A DNA stretch of 64,000 nt from Calcarisporiella thermophila CBS 279.70 (lineage: Eukaryota; Fungi; Calcarisporiellomycota), in the NCBI RefSeq assembly GCF_041956535.1, contig NW_027192201.1, positions 98,060 through 162,059 of the forward strand. Direction: 5' to 3'. Shown piece by piece: positions 50,336 to 64,000 of this stretch. A program made the position numbers and the translations under genes. How positions within the stretch are numbered: position 1 is the stretch's first letter; the number at the start of each line of letters is the position of its first letter. The notes under the pieces are model-generated. The model saw nothing but the letters and a program-made list of their open reading frames with translations, had not been told where the DNA came from and ran no database searches.

Positions 50336-53300
50336 TTAAAGTCGACTACAGAATCCTGCCGGGAACCATCCACATTCTCCTGCACGAGTCCCATTCACCC
50401 GCATTCCATACCACCATGCACTCTCGTCCGAGCTCTTGTCCCCGCCGGCACCCGTGGTATCCTCATGCACATGAATCACATCCATAATGGCCCCAACCTC
50501 CAAGTCCAGCTCTGTATCTCCTGTGCGATCATAGGGGAAGTTAGCACGGCATCTGAAGAGGGCACCTGGAACCATCCGCTCCCATTCGTTATCACCATTC
50601 CCAGCGCCGTTTGTCAAAACAGAGGGCGTGGGGGTAGGTGCGAGGGTGGATGATGTCTGGCTACTGGTGCGTCGTAGAGAAGGGTAGTTCCTCTCCCCAA
50701 GCTCCCCGTTGAGCCCAAATCCGGACGAATCGCTCAAACTTGTGGCCACGCTACTTGCCGTGTTCTGCCGCCGCAGCACTCTCTCGCCTCCCAGGCTCCA
50801 ATCTGCTGCATTGACCATCGGACTTGAGCTACGCCACTCATAAAGACTACTAATCCCGCTTCCGCTCACGCTTCCTCGCCGCTGCAGCACCGAGATTCCG
50901 GCCAGATACTCATCAACCTCATATATTTTCTCCCCATATTCGCGAGCAATGTCGGCAAATTCTATGGTCTCCTCTAGTCCTCGGAGCGGCATTAGCATGT
51001 CGGCGTTCCCGAGGCGTGATTCCAAGCGCGACGCCATATCCTTGTAGAATTTGGACTGGATGCGGGCAATTTCTCCTACCACCGCGTCATAGTACTCGGT
51101 TGTCAGTGCCAAAAATCTCGGTAATTCTTCAAGCAATTGGGCATGGATGCTCAAATAGGCATCTGCGGATTCTTTCAAATTTCGGTCCACCTTCTCGCCT
51201 TTTGCTCTGATCGCCTGCACTCTATCATAGTCCAACAGCTTCTTTTCCCGCTTTCGCATCACCTGGATAGGGGATTTGTATAGGTTAAGCAAAGCGTCGA
51301 GTGTCGGGAAGATGATCGTTTTAATGGCAGTATCAAGGTCACGACCACTGCCAGTAGTAATCCCCGTGACGCAGCGCCGGTACTCGCGTACTCTCTCGAC
51401 ACTCTTCGCATGTTGCTCGGAATTGTTTTTCCCGGGCTCAAGTATATAGAAATCTTCAAGCACCATAGAGTATTGCTCTGCAACCTCTAAGTATTCTGGT
51501 GGATATTCATCGAGATGAATTAAACAAGAGCCAACTCAAAGCAGTCAACAAAAGTACTCACCCTTTACAAAGCGAAGCCATGTTTGCAAATCACGGGCTA
51601 GCTGTCTAATCTGGTTCTGCTGATACTCGAATTTTTCCACCAGCGCGTTATAGAATGCATCCACGGTCACCTCCTGCAGACCGACAGTGTACCTGAACTG
51701 CTGGGCTCGGCGGGTGATGGTTTTATTTATGCCATGTCTATTTTTTTTTTAAAAAAAATTAGGAGAACATTGGATCCGGAGTGGATTAACAGATCAAGTT
51801 AACTTACACAATATCTGCGTCCGTTTTTCGTCTACTTCCCACAATTCTCTCAACAATATCCTTGCGCTTTTTGATTTCGTTGATCCGATCGGCCACATTT
51901 TGAATCTCTTTGGTTGCAAGGTTTAGGTTGTCATAGTCAGAATGTGTTGGGGGGGTGAGTTTAACGATTTGCTATGATAGAGAAATGACTATGTAAAAAT
52001 TTTGAAATTCATTGAAATTGTCAACAAAAGCACAGACCATTAGTAGCAATGGGTATTTGAGAACTCGTTGTACTGGCTTGATCAACAAGCTCGATAAATC
52101 CCAACTTGTGGTCCTGCCGGCCATTTGTTCTTTACACGCCTATAAAGGAGACAGAACATTGGACATTAGTTTGGGGGGCAGCTAATTAATTGATTTTGGA
52201 GTACTTGAAAGAAAGTGGCGACACTAGGATCCTTTTCGACCTCTTGGAGTCTTAAGATGGCTGTCTCGTGATGCTTACAATACTCGCAATAGACTTCTTC
52301 TATCTGTGACATCTTTATAGTTATAGCTATAGTTAAGCATATTTGTTCATGGAGAAGAAAGAAACAGCATTAATTACTGAATTTAAAAATGCCTCCCCAA
52401 TCCATGTCCGCTCCTCATCCATTCCTAGATCTGGCAGACTATCGCTATCGTTTCCAGATGCACCTGTCTCTGATCCTGTGTGCATTGGCGAAAGCAGAGG
52501 CGGTGATCTCCCGTTGTAGCCAGTTGCTGCCCGCAGAAGTTCCAAAAAATTGGATGCTTGCCGAACAATTTCAGAGAGGTTTGAAAATATTTTTTTAATA
52601 TCTCGGTTCGAGAGCACTCGTTGCTCGGCGGCTTGGTCATAGTATAGCTGTTTGAAAAAATTAATAAGAGTCCATAGGATAGCTACGGTTACTACGGTGC
52701 CTACCTCTTTCAGAATCACCATGTCGTTCAAAAATGCGGCTTCAGTATCCACCAACTCCATAATTACATTCTGCCTTTTTCTTTTTCTTTTCCGGTCAAA
52801 TTCCCCGGGAACTTCCGTCACCGGAAGAGATATCTGAAAGCCTTCAGCCGCTGCACCATTAGTAGTTGTAGGCTCAATGACAACCGCCTCATCTTCTGCC
52901 AACTTTCCAAGCGAGCTTAACGACGCAGAACTTGGTGTTCGTCTCCCAAATAGGAGAGGACTTAGACGGAAAGGGCGGTCGGGTGTCCTTCTAATTAGTG
53001 TTGGTTCATCAGAAGTTGACGTACGAGTCGAAGAGGAGAGAGGGGTTGCGTCTGATTGCGATGCAGTCGGCAGGGAATCCTTCGGTAATGGCTCAGTAGG
53101 CGCTACTGCATGATTGGATATTGGCTCTTGCGGAGTTTGGTTTGCCAGTTCAGGGGCCGTTGGTTGCGACGAAGAGGTAGTGGGAGTGGAGGGGGCGGAA
53201 ACATTTAACACGCTGGGAGGTTTGCTGAGAGAACTTGGACGTGGCGGGGGTGGTTTTTTACGTAACGTGCCATTGATTGAGGGAGGATTTGGTTTCTCTA

Positions 53301-54105
53301 CAACTGGTGGCACTGGGTCGTGCTGAAGAGCAGAAGAATCACTAAGCGTTGAATAGACAGATGTGGGTCTGCTCAACGGGGTATGAGGAGTGCTATTTTG
53401 CATAACTGCATCCTGGGTCAGTGCATTGGCAATAGCAGACTTCCGTGCTGCAAATTCCTTAGCTGCCATTCGAATTTCCTCCTTCACCTCCTCAATTCGG
53501 GCGTGCGGTGATGTCGATCGTACAATTTCCGAGGTTGGTGAGGGAGGTATTGTGGTATTGTCTGAGTTCTGATTTACATTGACGGAATGTGAGGATGATT
53601 GTGTCGAGGTGGAGGTCGACGGAGGAGAGTGAGATTTGGTTGACTGCTGGGCTCCAGCCGTAGTGGGGGGTATCAAAGAATGTGGTGATGAAGCATTTGT
53701 TTTCATAACTGGAGGGATGTTGATCTTGGATAATCGCTTCGATTCCAGATGGGATCCGTTGGCGGACACGCGCGATGCGTTTGAAAACACGACACTCGAT
53801 CGAGGATTCGATGCATGAATAGAGGATTTATTTTCTGCTGATTCAAGTGAAAGCGCACTGGTGATAGCTGCGCGACGCGCGGCAAATTCCTTCGAAACGA
53901 GGCGCATCTCTTCTTTAATTTCCTGGCTATGAACTCTTGGCGTGGTCGATCGCACGATGTCCTGGGAAGTCGAGGCAGAAGGAACGGCAGGATGTGCGGC
54001 TTGACTACTGGCTGACTGAATGGGATAGCGAGAAGAGATGCCAGCAGATCTGCCCCTGTAAGAGGAAGTATTCGAGGGGGGTGTTACTGAAGTCGACGGA
54101 ATCAT
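50336..54105 (-). CDS. RhoGEF with DH-BAR-SH3 architecture (Tuba/DNMBP- or Gef1-like)
   Basis: ELVDTEAAFLNDM, LLIKPVQRVLKYPLLL, KREKKLLDYD (BAR) and C-terminal SH3 WWYG...GWFPAGF; long Ser/Pro-rich N-terminus. Confidence 0.9.
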
Positions 54106-54471
54106 GTCTTGTGTTCTACTTGGACATCGATTATTCTAATACTCAAGTGAAGCGAAAATAAGGGACATCTTAAAGACAAGACTGATATATAAAAGAATGG
54201 AGATAGAAAAAGACAATGATGACACAAACTATTAACGCGATTAGATGCGAAAATGGAATAGAAGCGTGAAGAAGTAAAAAAAATTTTTTTCAGGATAGCT
54301 TTTTTACTTGGCTCTCGTCTTTATCGCTTTTTTAGTCCCTTAATACCTATTCCAGTATCATAAAGTAAAATTAAGTAGATGTTGAGGGCAGCTCTATTCC
54401 GGTTTTTAAGGATATAGAGCCTGGCTGTCAGAAAAAGATTGAACAACAAAAAAACGAGCGGATCGGAAGAG

Positions 54472-55365
54472 ATGGGTAGATTAACAGCTTTTACTTTCAT
54501 CTTAATCCAGGCAAAACGTCTCACGAATTCTTTTTCGTGTTCCTTCATCTCTCCTTAGGTCAACTATTTAGTCGTGTCTTGGGCAAATTGTGGGGAGATA
54601 AAGAAGTTCGCATTCTTATTCTAGGTCTAGACGGCGCTGGAAAGACAACCATCCTCTATCGCCTACAGATTGGAGAAGTTGTGACCACAATACCAAGTAA
54701 TTTTTGATTCTACTAATTGATCGTCTAGCACTAGCTAGAGAATTTCACCCATTGATTATTATGAAACATTTTAAATTAACCTATCTTTTATTTCCATTAG
54801 CGATCGGATTTAATGTAGAGACTGTGACTTACAAGAATATTAAATTCCAAGGTGATTCCTTACTATTTTTTTTTCCCTATAAGTTAAATAAAAACTTAGC
54901 CTGACATTCTTCTAATCCATTCTTTTTATCTCTCTTTCATTTAGTATGGGATTTGGGTGGTCAAACGAGCATACGGCCTTACTGGCGTTGTTATTACGCC
55001 AACACGGATGCTATAATTTATGTTGTGGACAGTTGCGATCAGGATAGAATGAGCACATCACGCGAGGAACTAATGCAGATGCTTGAAGAAGATGAACTGC
55101 GAGATGCTGCACTGCTTGTTTTCGCAAACAAACAAGATATGCCCGGCGCACTATCGGCAGCCCAAGTTAGCGAAGCGCTGTCATTATCGTCCCTAAAAAA
55201 TCGACAGTGGAGTATCTACAAGACATCAGCTCTGAAGGGCGAAGGTCTAACAGAGGGTTTAGATTGGTAAGCAAACTACGCGGATAACGATGATGTGATC
55301 GCTCCTTAACTCTACATTGGATAATGCTTAGGCTTGTGAATACAATTCAAGGAAATAAACAATGA
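54472..55365 (+). CDS. ARL1: ADP-ribosylation factor-like GTPase Arl1
   Basis: ATGG first exon; [43 protein letters not shown] and NKQD. Confidence 0.96.
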
Positions 55366-56144
55366 TGGGAATAGAAACTATTTGGAGAGGAATAAAATAA
55401 AGATGTTTTATCATTATTCTCTTTATGATTAACTTTTTGTATGCCTTTCGCACTGCCTCTTTCTTAACCTTTTTTTATTTTTTTATAATTTCATTAAATA
55501 TACACTATTAAAATAAACAGTAAAAGGGAAAAAAAAAACGATTAATCACAGTAATAATAACAGTAATTTAAAAAAATTATCTCAGAAATCATTATTGCTT
55601 AATTAAGTGTTAGGTTAAATGAAATTGATCGTTACTGAAATCAAAAAATCAAAAATAATATTCTCCAAAACTTTCTTCTTCGATACCATCTGTTTTACTG
55701 TTTTTTCTTAAATCCCACTTCCGTTCCATCCTTTTAATGTGAACAGTTTCTCTTCGTTTCTGTTCCTAGATTTTTGGCTCCATTCCTTTCCTTATTTTGA
55801 CCTAAACCCAAAACTTCAAATCGTTTGATTTGAATGTCTCGGTTTTATTTTATTATACCATAATATACTATTGAACTAATCTTTTTAATCTAATTATTTT
55901 CATTTCACATCTTTAATCGTGTAGATTAATCTCCTTCCATAATATCCCATGAAACTTTCGCCTCACTAATCTTCTTCCTCTCCGTAATCTCTTTTCCCTT
56001 CATTTCCTTGTATTCAGCGCAATCCTTTATTTTTCTTGTAGTATCGCATATCATATCCTTGATAACCTCTGTTCCGTTACCTCACCACACGACAGATTTC
56101 CTTGAAATTCCTTTTTACATGCATGATTTCATTCCCTACATAGC

Positions 56145-58986
56145 ATGACACAACACTCTAAAGTTCGCGATAGATCGGCGGATAGTACAGCTAATAAGAC
56201 GGCCGTACAAGTTGCTCTAAGAATCAGGCCGCTAACGGAAAAAGATCGTCAACAAGTAAACGTAAAACGTTCCGTCACGAACGGAGGATGTACATTGGCT
56301 GTACCATCTAGCAATACAGTGTGTGTCATTCCATACCAAAAGCAATTTACATTCGACCATGTTTTTGGCACTGAATCGACACAACAAGAGGTGTATGATA
56401 CTTGTATTGTGGATTTGTTAGATAGATTTGTTGAAGGTATTTGTGGCAGCAATTAGTTAAATGGAAGGAATTGACGCACTTACACATTTTTTTATTATAT
56501 AGGATATAACATAACGATTCTCGCATATGTAGATATTTTTTTTATTCATTTCTTCTGTTCTCGATGAACAAAGCTTATTTATGACAACCTGTTCTTTCAT
56601 AGGGACAAACATCATCAGGGAAAACTTATACTATGGGCACTGACTCGACTTTCACTCACTCTCAACATATTGGAATCATTCCTCGTGCTATGGAAACACT
56701 CTTCACGCTCCTTAAAACCCAGTCCTCCAGCAACAACAACAGTGGCAGCAATAATCGATCAAAATCACAGAAAGCAGGCGGTGACTCGAAAGTGACACTA
56801 CGCGTTTCATTTATCGAGATTTATAACGAAGACTTAATCGATCTACTGAATCCTGGTGAACGTCTGCCAGTAAACATCAGAGAAGACCACAAGGGAAACA
56901 TAAAATGGAGCGGAGTACGAGAGGTGCTAGTAAAGAGCGTGGATGATATCTTAAAGTATTTTCTAATAGTTCATTTCGCTGTTTTTGCGACTTACTGAAT
57001 TGTCTGGTTTAATTTTGTTTTAATTTGACAGTAACTTGGCAGTCGGATCGCGAAACCGCCAAGTAGGATCAACAGATATGAACGAGAAGTCCTCGCGCTC
57101 ACATGCAATATTTTCCGTTACTCTTCAACAAGAGCGATGGGCGCAATCCGACTCAGCAGCTAATAATGAGGATGGTCCAACGTCGACACAATCTCGGGGA
57201 AGATTTCGGCCAAAAGTTTTTGCTCGAACAAGAAAATCTGGAGTGTCAACCTCGGATGGAGGGGCAGATTCATGCGGGGAGTGGGTCATAACGTCCTCGA
57301 AATTTCATTTTGTTGATTTGGCTGGTTCTGAACGGGTAATTAGAAGCGTATTCTGCCTCCCTATCCAATGCTAATTATTTTTCATATTAGCTAAAACGTA
57401 CCAATGCAGCTGGAGAGCGCGCCAAAGAAGGTATAAGCATTAACACTGGACTCCTAGCCCTTGGAAATGTGATATCCGCGCTTGGCGACACTTCAAAAAA
57501 GGCGACACATATCCCTTATCGAGATTCCAAGCTCACTCGCCTCCTGCAAGACTCTCTCGGCGGAAACTCGCAAACGCTTATGATAGCATGCGTATCTCCT
57601 GCGGAGAGTAATCTCGCCGAGACGGTAAACACAATTAAGTACGCAAATAGAGCCAGAAACATCAAAAATAATGCAGCTATCAACCGAGAAGCCCTACTGG
57701 TCGATGATCCAGAGCATTTGAGAGGGGTTATTGCCAAACTTACCCAGGAAATAAAACTTCTAAAGCAGAATGCATCCGGTCGTACACCGGGACTCTCGTC
57801 ATCCGCTAATAGTGGGCTTCGGAAACCTTCCTTAAAAATGGAGGAGGAGGGTGCACGGAATGCTGCACGGAATGGTAACAGGACACCAAAGGTTGGAAAT
57901 ACCGCCGCCGAGAAAGAGCTGAAAACCTTGGAGGAACTGGAGTCTGAACTTGCTATGACGAGAGCAGCACTCCGCCATTCGGAAGCTATTCTCGAGCAGC
58001 AGGAGCGGCAACAGAAAGAGCAGCGTAAGTTGATTTCCGAAATGGAGAAAGCCTTTGCTTCGTTTCGTGAGAAAACGATTTTGGAGGCGCGGGATGCCCA
58101 CCTGGAGGCGTTGCGGCTACAAGAAGAAATACGACATCTTGAAGAAGAACTTGAAAAAGCTACGGGTAAACCCGTGCAGCGAGACTCTGGCCATGTATCT
58201 ATGCCGCCTCCCGGATCAAGTCTGCAGCTACGTCTTGCCGGATATGAAAACTATATCCAACAACAATCACGCACCATTCGGGACTTGGAGGAGCGATTAG
58301 CCATGACAGAAGAAAACTCCTCAGGGATTCAACAGCAGGTCATGACAATGTCTCCGGTATCGGATAAAAGCGTATCGACTGGGCTACCCTCCCCGACCCC
58401 TCCGCCATCCCACCCACTTCCTCTTCCGCCCATGCCCACCCCTGCCCCAAGTCCTCCCCCAACCGCCCCACTCCCACTACCTCCGATGCACCCGCTCTCT
58501 TCTGGAATCCCTCCTGCAATACCTCTTCCCCCTCCTCCTTCCTCCTGCACATCCTCCTCTCAAGGCAATCTTCGCCGGTCTTCATCAGCCATGTTCGGCG
58601 GCGATCCACAAGTCATGGTACGCCAGCAAGCACGCCGCATCACAGCTCTCGAGACTGATCTCCAAGCCCATGTGGAAATCGTCTCGAGTCTCGAAGAGCA
58701 GCTTGCAGCAGAACGGGAGCGAGCCGAGCTCTTGGAGCGAGAAAAGGAGAGCGCCAACGCAGAAATTGAAGAATTAACGAGACTCTTGGATGCGTTGCAA
58801 CAGCAAATGAGTAGCTCCGCCTCACCAAATGTGGGGTCGGCGCGAAACGGTAACCATGAGCGAGACTGGAAAATTCCGGCCAGACCGCCGGTAGAGGAGG
58901 TTGAAAGGGCCAAAGCACGAGCAATGCTAGAAGGAGCAGGTTTGCCCGAACCGGCAATACGAGGATCGGAGTTTGCCTGCTCTTAA
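56145..58986 (+). CDS. Kinesin-4-like motor protein
   Basis: VALRIRP, AY|[51 protein letters not shown], and a coiled-coil stalk with a Pro-rich insert. Confidence 0.93.
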
Positions 58987-59452
58987 CCGCGCTACATTCG
59001 CTCCTCACATTACGCGAGCGGCCCTTTATTTTTACCCACCACTTTTTATTTTAGCAGCAAATATTTGTGATTGTTATTATTTCTTGGCTTTGCATTCACA
59101 GTTCCCATTCAATTGAATATATTTTTCCCCTTTAGTACTCTTGATGCCCCTCTCAAAACTCTATCATTGCCCTTAAGTGGTTTCTAAAAATAGCAGGGCA
59201 GTCACACTTTTCGCTACGTTCGGAAGAGTTGCCACCCCATTGTCTAACGGCCTCGGTCAAAGCCCTCCGACTACTGAGATTCTAGAGAATCTAAAGAGAA
59301 AAACGCAACACAAGCTGATGAAATGCAACACAATAAGCCCATGCCCGATTGGGCGCAAGCAGCATGCAATATAGGAAGGAAAAGAAAGAAGTTGGCTTGG
59401 CAAAAGGACGGGAAGGAAATTAATTTGTAAATGCGCCCAATCTCGCGATACT

Positions 59453-59460
59453 TATATAAA
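59453..59460 (+). promoter_or_regulatory. Putative TATA box of lectin gene
   Basis: TATATAAA ~70 nt upstream of the ATG at 59532, followed by a CT-rich leader. Confidence 0.5.
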
Positions 59461-59531
59461 CGCGAAAAATTTCAGTGCTCAACCCATTTCTCACGTTCTT
59501 TTTCTACTCTTTGAACCCAAGTTTCCTCGCC

Positions 59532-60364
59532 ATGTTCCCCCAAGGTTACTTTTTCATCAAGTCCATCAAAACCGGCAAAGTCCTCGATGTCGACGACGCC
59601 TCCCTCAAGGTAATTCCTCTCGGCACCTTCTGTGGGCCATTTACAATTGCAATGTTAATAGCATTTACTTCCTACTCTCATTCTGTTGGCATATCAGCCC
59701 GGAGCAAAAGTAGTGCTATACCATATCAAGACCTTCCACAGCAACGACAATCAGTTGTGGTTCTATGAGAACGGTTTTATCATTAACAAGAAGAGCAACC
59801 TCGTGCTCGATGTTGCAGGTAAATTCTCGACTCTTTTCTCCCCTTGATTTATATGTTTCCCATGTCTATCCACTGGTATTCTTTTGCTCTTTGGCTACAA
59901 TGACTAATATGTTCATTTTCTCGTTTACGCGAGCAGGTGGTCACCTCAAAGAGGTAGCCCATCTTTGCCAATACCAGCGCAAACTTGGACAAGATACCAG
60001 TAATCAAGTCTTCGAGTAAGCATCCTTCTTTTAATTTATCGCTATGACCGACTCTCAAGCTGTTATGCTTTCTATAGTTTCAGCAACGGGTTCATTTACC
60101 CCCGTGCCAATCCTGAACTTGTGCTCGATATTCGGGGAGATAAGGATAAAGATGTAAATATTGCAACCATTTTAAACCTTTTCTGCAATGGGTAAATTTG
60201 ACGCCTTTATCACGCATCTTCTTTAGGGTGCCGAAGTGATCCTATACAAGCGTAAGCAAACAGACAACCAGAACCAACTGTGGGAGCTAGGTAAGTTTGC
60301 TTCACCATTTAAACTCGATCGATTGCATACTTATATCATTGCTGTTATAGTCCCTCATCAATAA
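59532..60364 (+). CDS. Cytoplasmic ricin-B (beta-trefoil) lectin
   Basis: MFPQGYFFIKS..GKVLDV, NDNQLW, LVLDV, LVLDI and NQNQLW; three internal repeats, no signal peptide, six exons. Confidence 0.88.
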
Positions 60365-61245
60365 TCAGGATCGGGCACTTCTCTTCTTAACATCAGTTGA
60401 CCGCTTTAACACTTTTTTGAGTAACCTCAAAATTTCTTTACACTCTCAAATCATATGGAATGCTACTTCATTGGGTTTTTCTTCATATCAAAATAAATTA
60501 TTGCATGGATACTATGTTCTTTAATGAAATCCCCGCTTCGGATTTAGAATATGGTTGGCTCAAGTAGACAAAAGCCTTCAATTTACAAAATTGGACATGG
60601 ATCAAGCTTATTACTGGCCATTGCTACTAGACATGACGACTCTCCCCATCCCCGAGAGTACATGATTATGACGTCTGTGTCTTTTTCCCAACATTCTTAT
60701 CTTTGTACGCTTTATTCCATAGACTCGAAGTAATTTTACTAATGAAATTAAATGCAAAAACATACCAATTTTATAGGTACACTTTCTTCCCCTCAAGCCC
60801 ATGAATTGAACGTTCCAATGATTATTATAATGGGCTTCAATTTGAGATTTGTAACAGGTAAGCGTCATTCAAGTACAAAGCAGTTCCCATCCTCTCTTCA
60901 TGCTCTTCGGCCTGTCCTGAGAGAAAAATCGTGGTGATTATAGAGAAGCGTGATGTTACGAATTTGGCTCACATTCCATATACTTTCGTAACAATATTTC
61001 GAGTCTCTTTTTTGCGGTAGGTTTGGCTATTTTGGATTCAGCTCTGGAGATTGAAGTAATTCACTAAGTTTCATCTCCGGGAATCTACAAGAGCCAATGG
61101 TTTATTTTCCTCCTTCTAAAGTGATTGCAAACATAAAGAAAATAAAAAGTATAATAAAATAAATGCGAAAAAAAAAGAGAAAAATAAAACATTAAAAACA
61201 CACGAGAACTAATTATATGGAAACTGAAACAACATGTCCCTACAT

Positions 61246-63950
61246 TTATCCATTCTCACTCCCTATCTTCGTTTGTAGATTTGCCGTATTGCTTTCCATC
61301 TTAAGTCGATCTGCGCGCAATTGCTCTCGCTGCCGAGATAGTTCCGCATGTTCTCGCTCAAGCGATTTGTCGATCTCAAGAAGCTGCTCCTTTTTGTGAG
61401 TGAGTTTGGATAGCTGGTTATCGATAAGGGTACGCACAAGTCGTTGCAATTCACGCTCCTCACTAGTAGCCAGCAACTGAGCCTGCTCGGCAGCAGCCTT
61501 CAGTGCCTCGGCAGTTGCATGTTGCAGGAGTTCACGTGGAATGGCACCTTGGCTCGTGCCAATAGCTGCAGGGGATTCGGTAAATATCTCCCGGGAAACA
61601 CTTGCCTCCTCGCTTTCGTCTTTCTCTTTTTTAATATTTACATTATCCGAAGTATCCTTCACAAAATCAAAGTTCCCGTTTGGCTCCTCTTTTATCTGTT
61701 CCATCCCGTCAGCCGTCAGCTCCATCAATGCCCGCTGGGCAGCCGCCGCCGCAACTCCAGGATTAACAGCCGTAGCTAACATTCCAACAAGGCTCATCAC
61801 AGGATTATCTGTCATAGCAAACGGCACAATCTCCTCCTCGCTCCCGTCACCACTATCATTTCCAACCCCGATAAAAGGGTCCTCAATCGGTAGTTGTAAT
61901 AGTCGCAGAATACACTCCTCCTGTGTCCTCCCTACGAGTTCAGCAACCAAGCTCCAATCATCCCCGTGCGCCTCTACTGCTCGCAACAGCCTGAGAGTTT
62001 CTCGATCTGACCATATATCTTCACCTGCGCTTGCGGACTCCGATTGTTCCATTTTAATAAAATCGCCGCTCCCAGAGTTCGATGAAAACCGGCCATCGAG
62101 AAAGCAATCAGCACAAATCCAAAGCCCATCAGCCCATACGCTCTGATAACGCGTCGAGGTACAGTCGGAAGAGCAAGTGGAGCAGCGATACTGCCGAATG
62201 TTGCTGTTTTGAGAATGGTCATTATTAGAAAGTGGAACGCGCGTTTTTGCATCGTAGACTTGCTGGTAAAGCCTCTCCTCATCGGTTGAATGTGAATTTG
62301 ATTTAGGTAGTGGGGAGTCAATCTCCACTTCAGCCTATAAATCAATTTGCAAGTTATAACAGATGAGAACACTCAATTCCTGTCAGCTCAATATTACGGT
62401 CTAGCCCACCTGGAAATTTATTAACCCCCATTGCTCTAGAAATGCATGTACCCTCGAAATATTAAAGAGGTCCCCCTGGAGGTGTTTTCGACAGGTAGTA
62501 AGTGTCAGGTATTGTAAAGGATCATTACGATATGTTTCAATCATATAATCGCGCCATTGTTTGTATACATCCGGGGTAAGGAATGGGGAGCGACCATTAA
62601 AAAACTGTGGCAATGCGATTTTTTCCACCTCGTGCACAGCGTCCGAGCTAAACCAAGAGGCACTTGAGGGCACCACTAATTCCTGCGATATCTTGTTTTT
62701 GTCACCGTTTGGCAGTTTTTCGCTCTCTGTATCAATATCCATCCGATTGACTACATTAGCACTGTCTGTTATCCTTTCAGCCTTGTTCCGTGCGTTCCAA
62801 TTCTCAGAAGGCAAATTGGAAATAACCCCGTACAGAATAGGTTCATATTCATAGCGCCTGAGCCGGCTACCAGGTTTCGGGGCATCTTTTATAAGATCGA
62901 CGAGCTTTACATTCTCGTGCTGGATGAGCAAAATTGCACCCTCCTCTGGTGGCGCCATCTCAGGATCCATTGCCATAGCAGGTGATACTTCAGAATCATC
63001 AAGTTGCTGCAGTTGCCATCCGATTTGATGCGATACTTGGGTTTGCTGCTCAGGTAAATCCTCTGGTCGATCCACTTCGTAGTCCTCCTCATTCATCCAC
63101 TCGTTGAAACGATAACTGTCACGGACCCAGCGCAAACCGACGTACCATGCACCCTGGTGGTCTGGCGGGGGCTCCGGATCGGCAAAGCTGCCGGACTCTG
63201 GAAGCCACTCATCGTAGGAATCTGGATAGTACCACCAATGCACAAGCACCTTCCCGTCCTTCTTCTCTAATGTGCGTAACCATTCTTCGTCGTTTTGCGC
63301 ACTCTCTTCGTCATCAGGGCAAATTACATGGGTTGCTCGGTCATAATTTCTTGTTACATGTGCTAAAAATTAAGAATCTTAGTACCTCACAGATACCTCA
63401 AAGCCTTTATCTTATGAAACAAACCTCCCATCCTTTCCAAATATTCTATGAGAGTTTGCTGCTCATCTTCAGCAATCCAAGAAGTCAAGAACACCTTCGG
63501 TACTCGTATTAGACCGATATCCACAAGTGCCTCATGAATGTATAGAATAAGCTCAACATTTTTCTCGCGCTTCGATCCCTCCGTGCTTAAATCGAATCGC
63601 CGCCACTTGTTGAGTATCCGAAATTGATAAGCTGCTTTTAGTATATGAAAGAGTGCGCTGTTCGTCACATTTTCATTCTCCTCGTCCTCAAGTTTGAACA
63701 ACTTGGCAGGGATACGAACCGGATGCAGATCAGAAGATAAGGATCGTGACACATTAATTCCGAGGGCATCCTCCTGAAATTGTTGCAAGGCAGCACTAAG
63801 AGCAGCTAGATCTCGCGCCGTAATATTAAAATCGGCCTCCCGCGTGAACTCTTGCTGTAGAGCCTCGCGAAGTGGCTCGAATTTTGCGATGACCGATGGG
63901 CGCTCGTAGTACTTGGCGTCAACCCCACCAGTTTTGCGCCTGGTTGCCAT
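61246..63950 (-). CDS. SWI/SNF-RSC core subunit SMARCC/Swi3/Rsc8 with N-terminal MarR-BRCT-chromo-type module
   Basis: RRKTGGVDAKYYE, LVHWWYYPDSYDEW, FNEWMNEEDYE, SWIRM (RVHAFLEQWGLINFQ), ZZ-like CxxC..C..CxxC, SANT (WSDRETLRLL), NPVMSLV and a coiled coil. Confidence 0.93.
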
Positions 63951-64000
63951 GAACAACCCCGCAGGACTACGTGTATCTTAATTTATATGAGTGATTGGCA

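Noticed and set aside
60551-60937. Possible small spliced gene (GT-AG and branch-like signals)
   Set aside because: No splice combination gave a convincing protein; could be a non-coding transcript but cannot be supported.

Overview
Gene-dense, intron-rich eukaryotic DNA, most consistent with an early-diverging (non-Dikarya) fungus. The first ~5.5 kb is an accessory, transposon-rich compartment. It holds the right end of a Tc1/mariner element whose catalytic Glu is mutated, two intronless secreted beta/gamma-crystallin-like paralogs, and a stack of about five same-orientation, poly(A)-tailed, 5'-truncated retroposon fragments separated by short direct repeats. The stack ends ~80 bp upstream of a tRNA-Ala(AGC) gene. 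Two of the fragments carry the 3' ~26-28 nt of a tRNA at their 5' end, one with a complete CCA; this is the most unusual structure in the window. The remaining ~58 kb holds about 22 protein genes: Cdc24/Scd1, a 2xRRM protein with two GC-AG introns, a Zn2Cys6 factor, a DUF218-like protein, an MFS transporter, two tandem AA12-like PQQ dehydrogenases, Rheb, an Rck2/Srk1-like kinase, a tail-anchored coiled-coil protein, Pdb1, a Spo73/Mug65-like protein, an INTS13/Asunder-like protein, an OSR1-like kinase, a HAD-IIA hydrolase, a single-pass Cys-rich surface protein, an M13 peptidase, a DEG15/TYSND1-like protease, a DH-BAR-SH3 GEF, Arl1, a kinesin-4-like motor, a ricin-B lectin and a SMARCC/Swi3 subunit. 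Several of these retain animal- or plant-type features not known from model yeasts. All calls were made by eye from motifs and splice signals; no database search was run.
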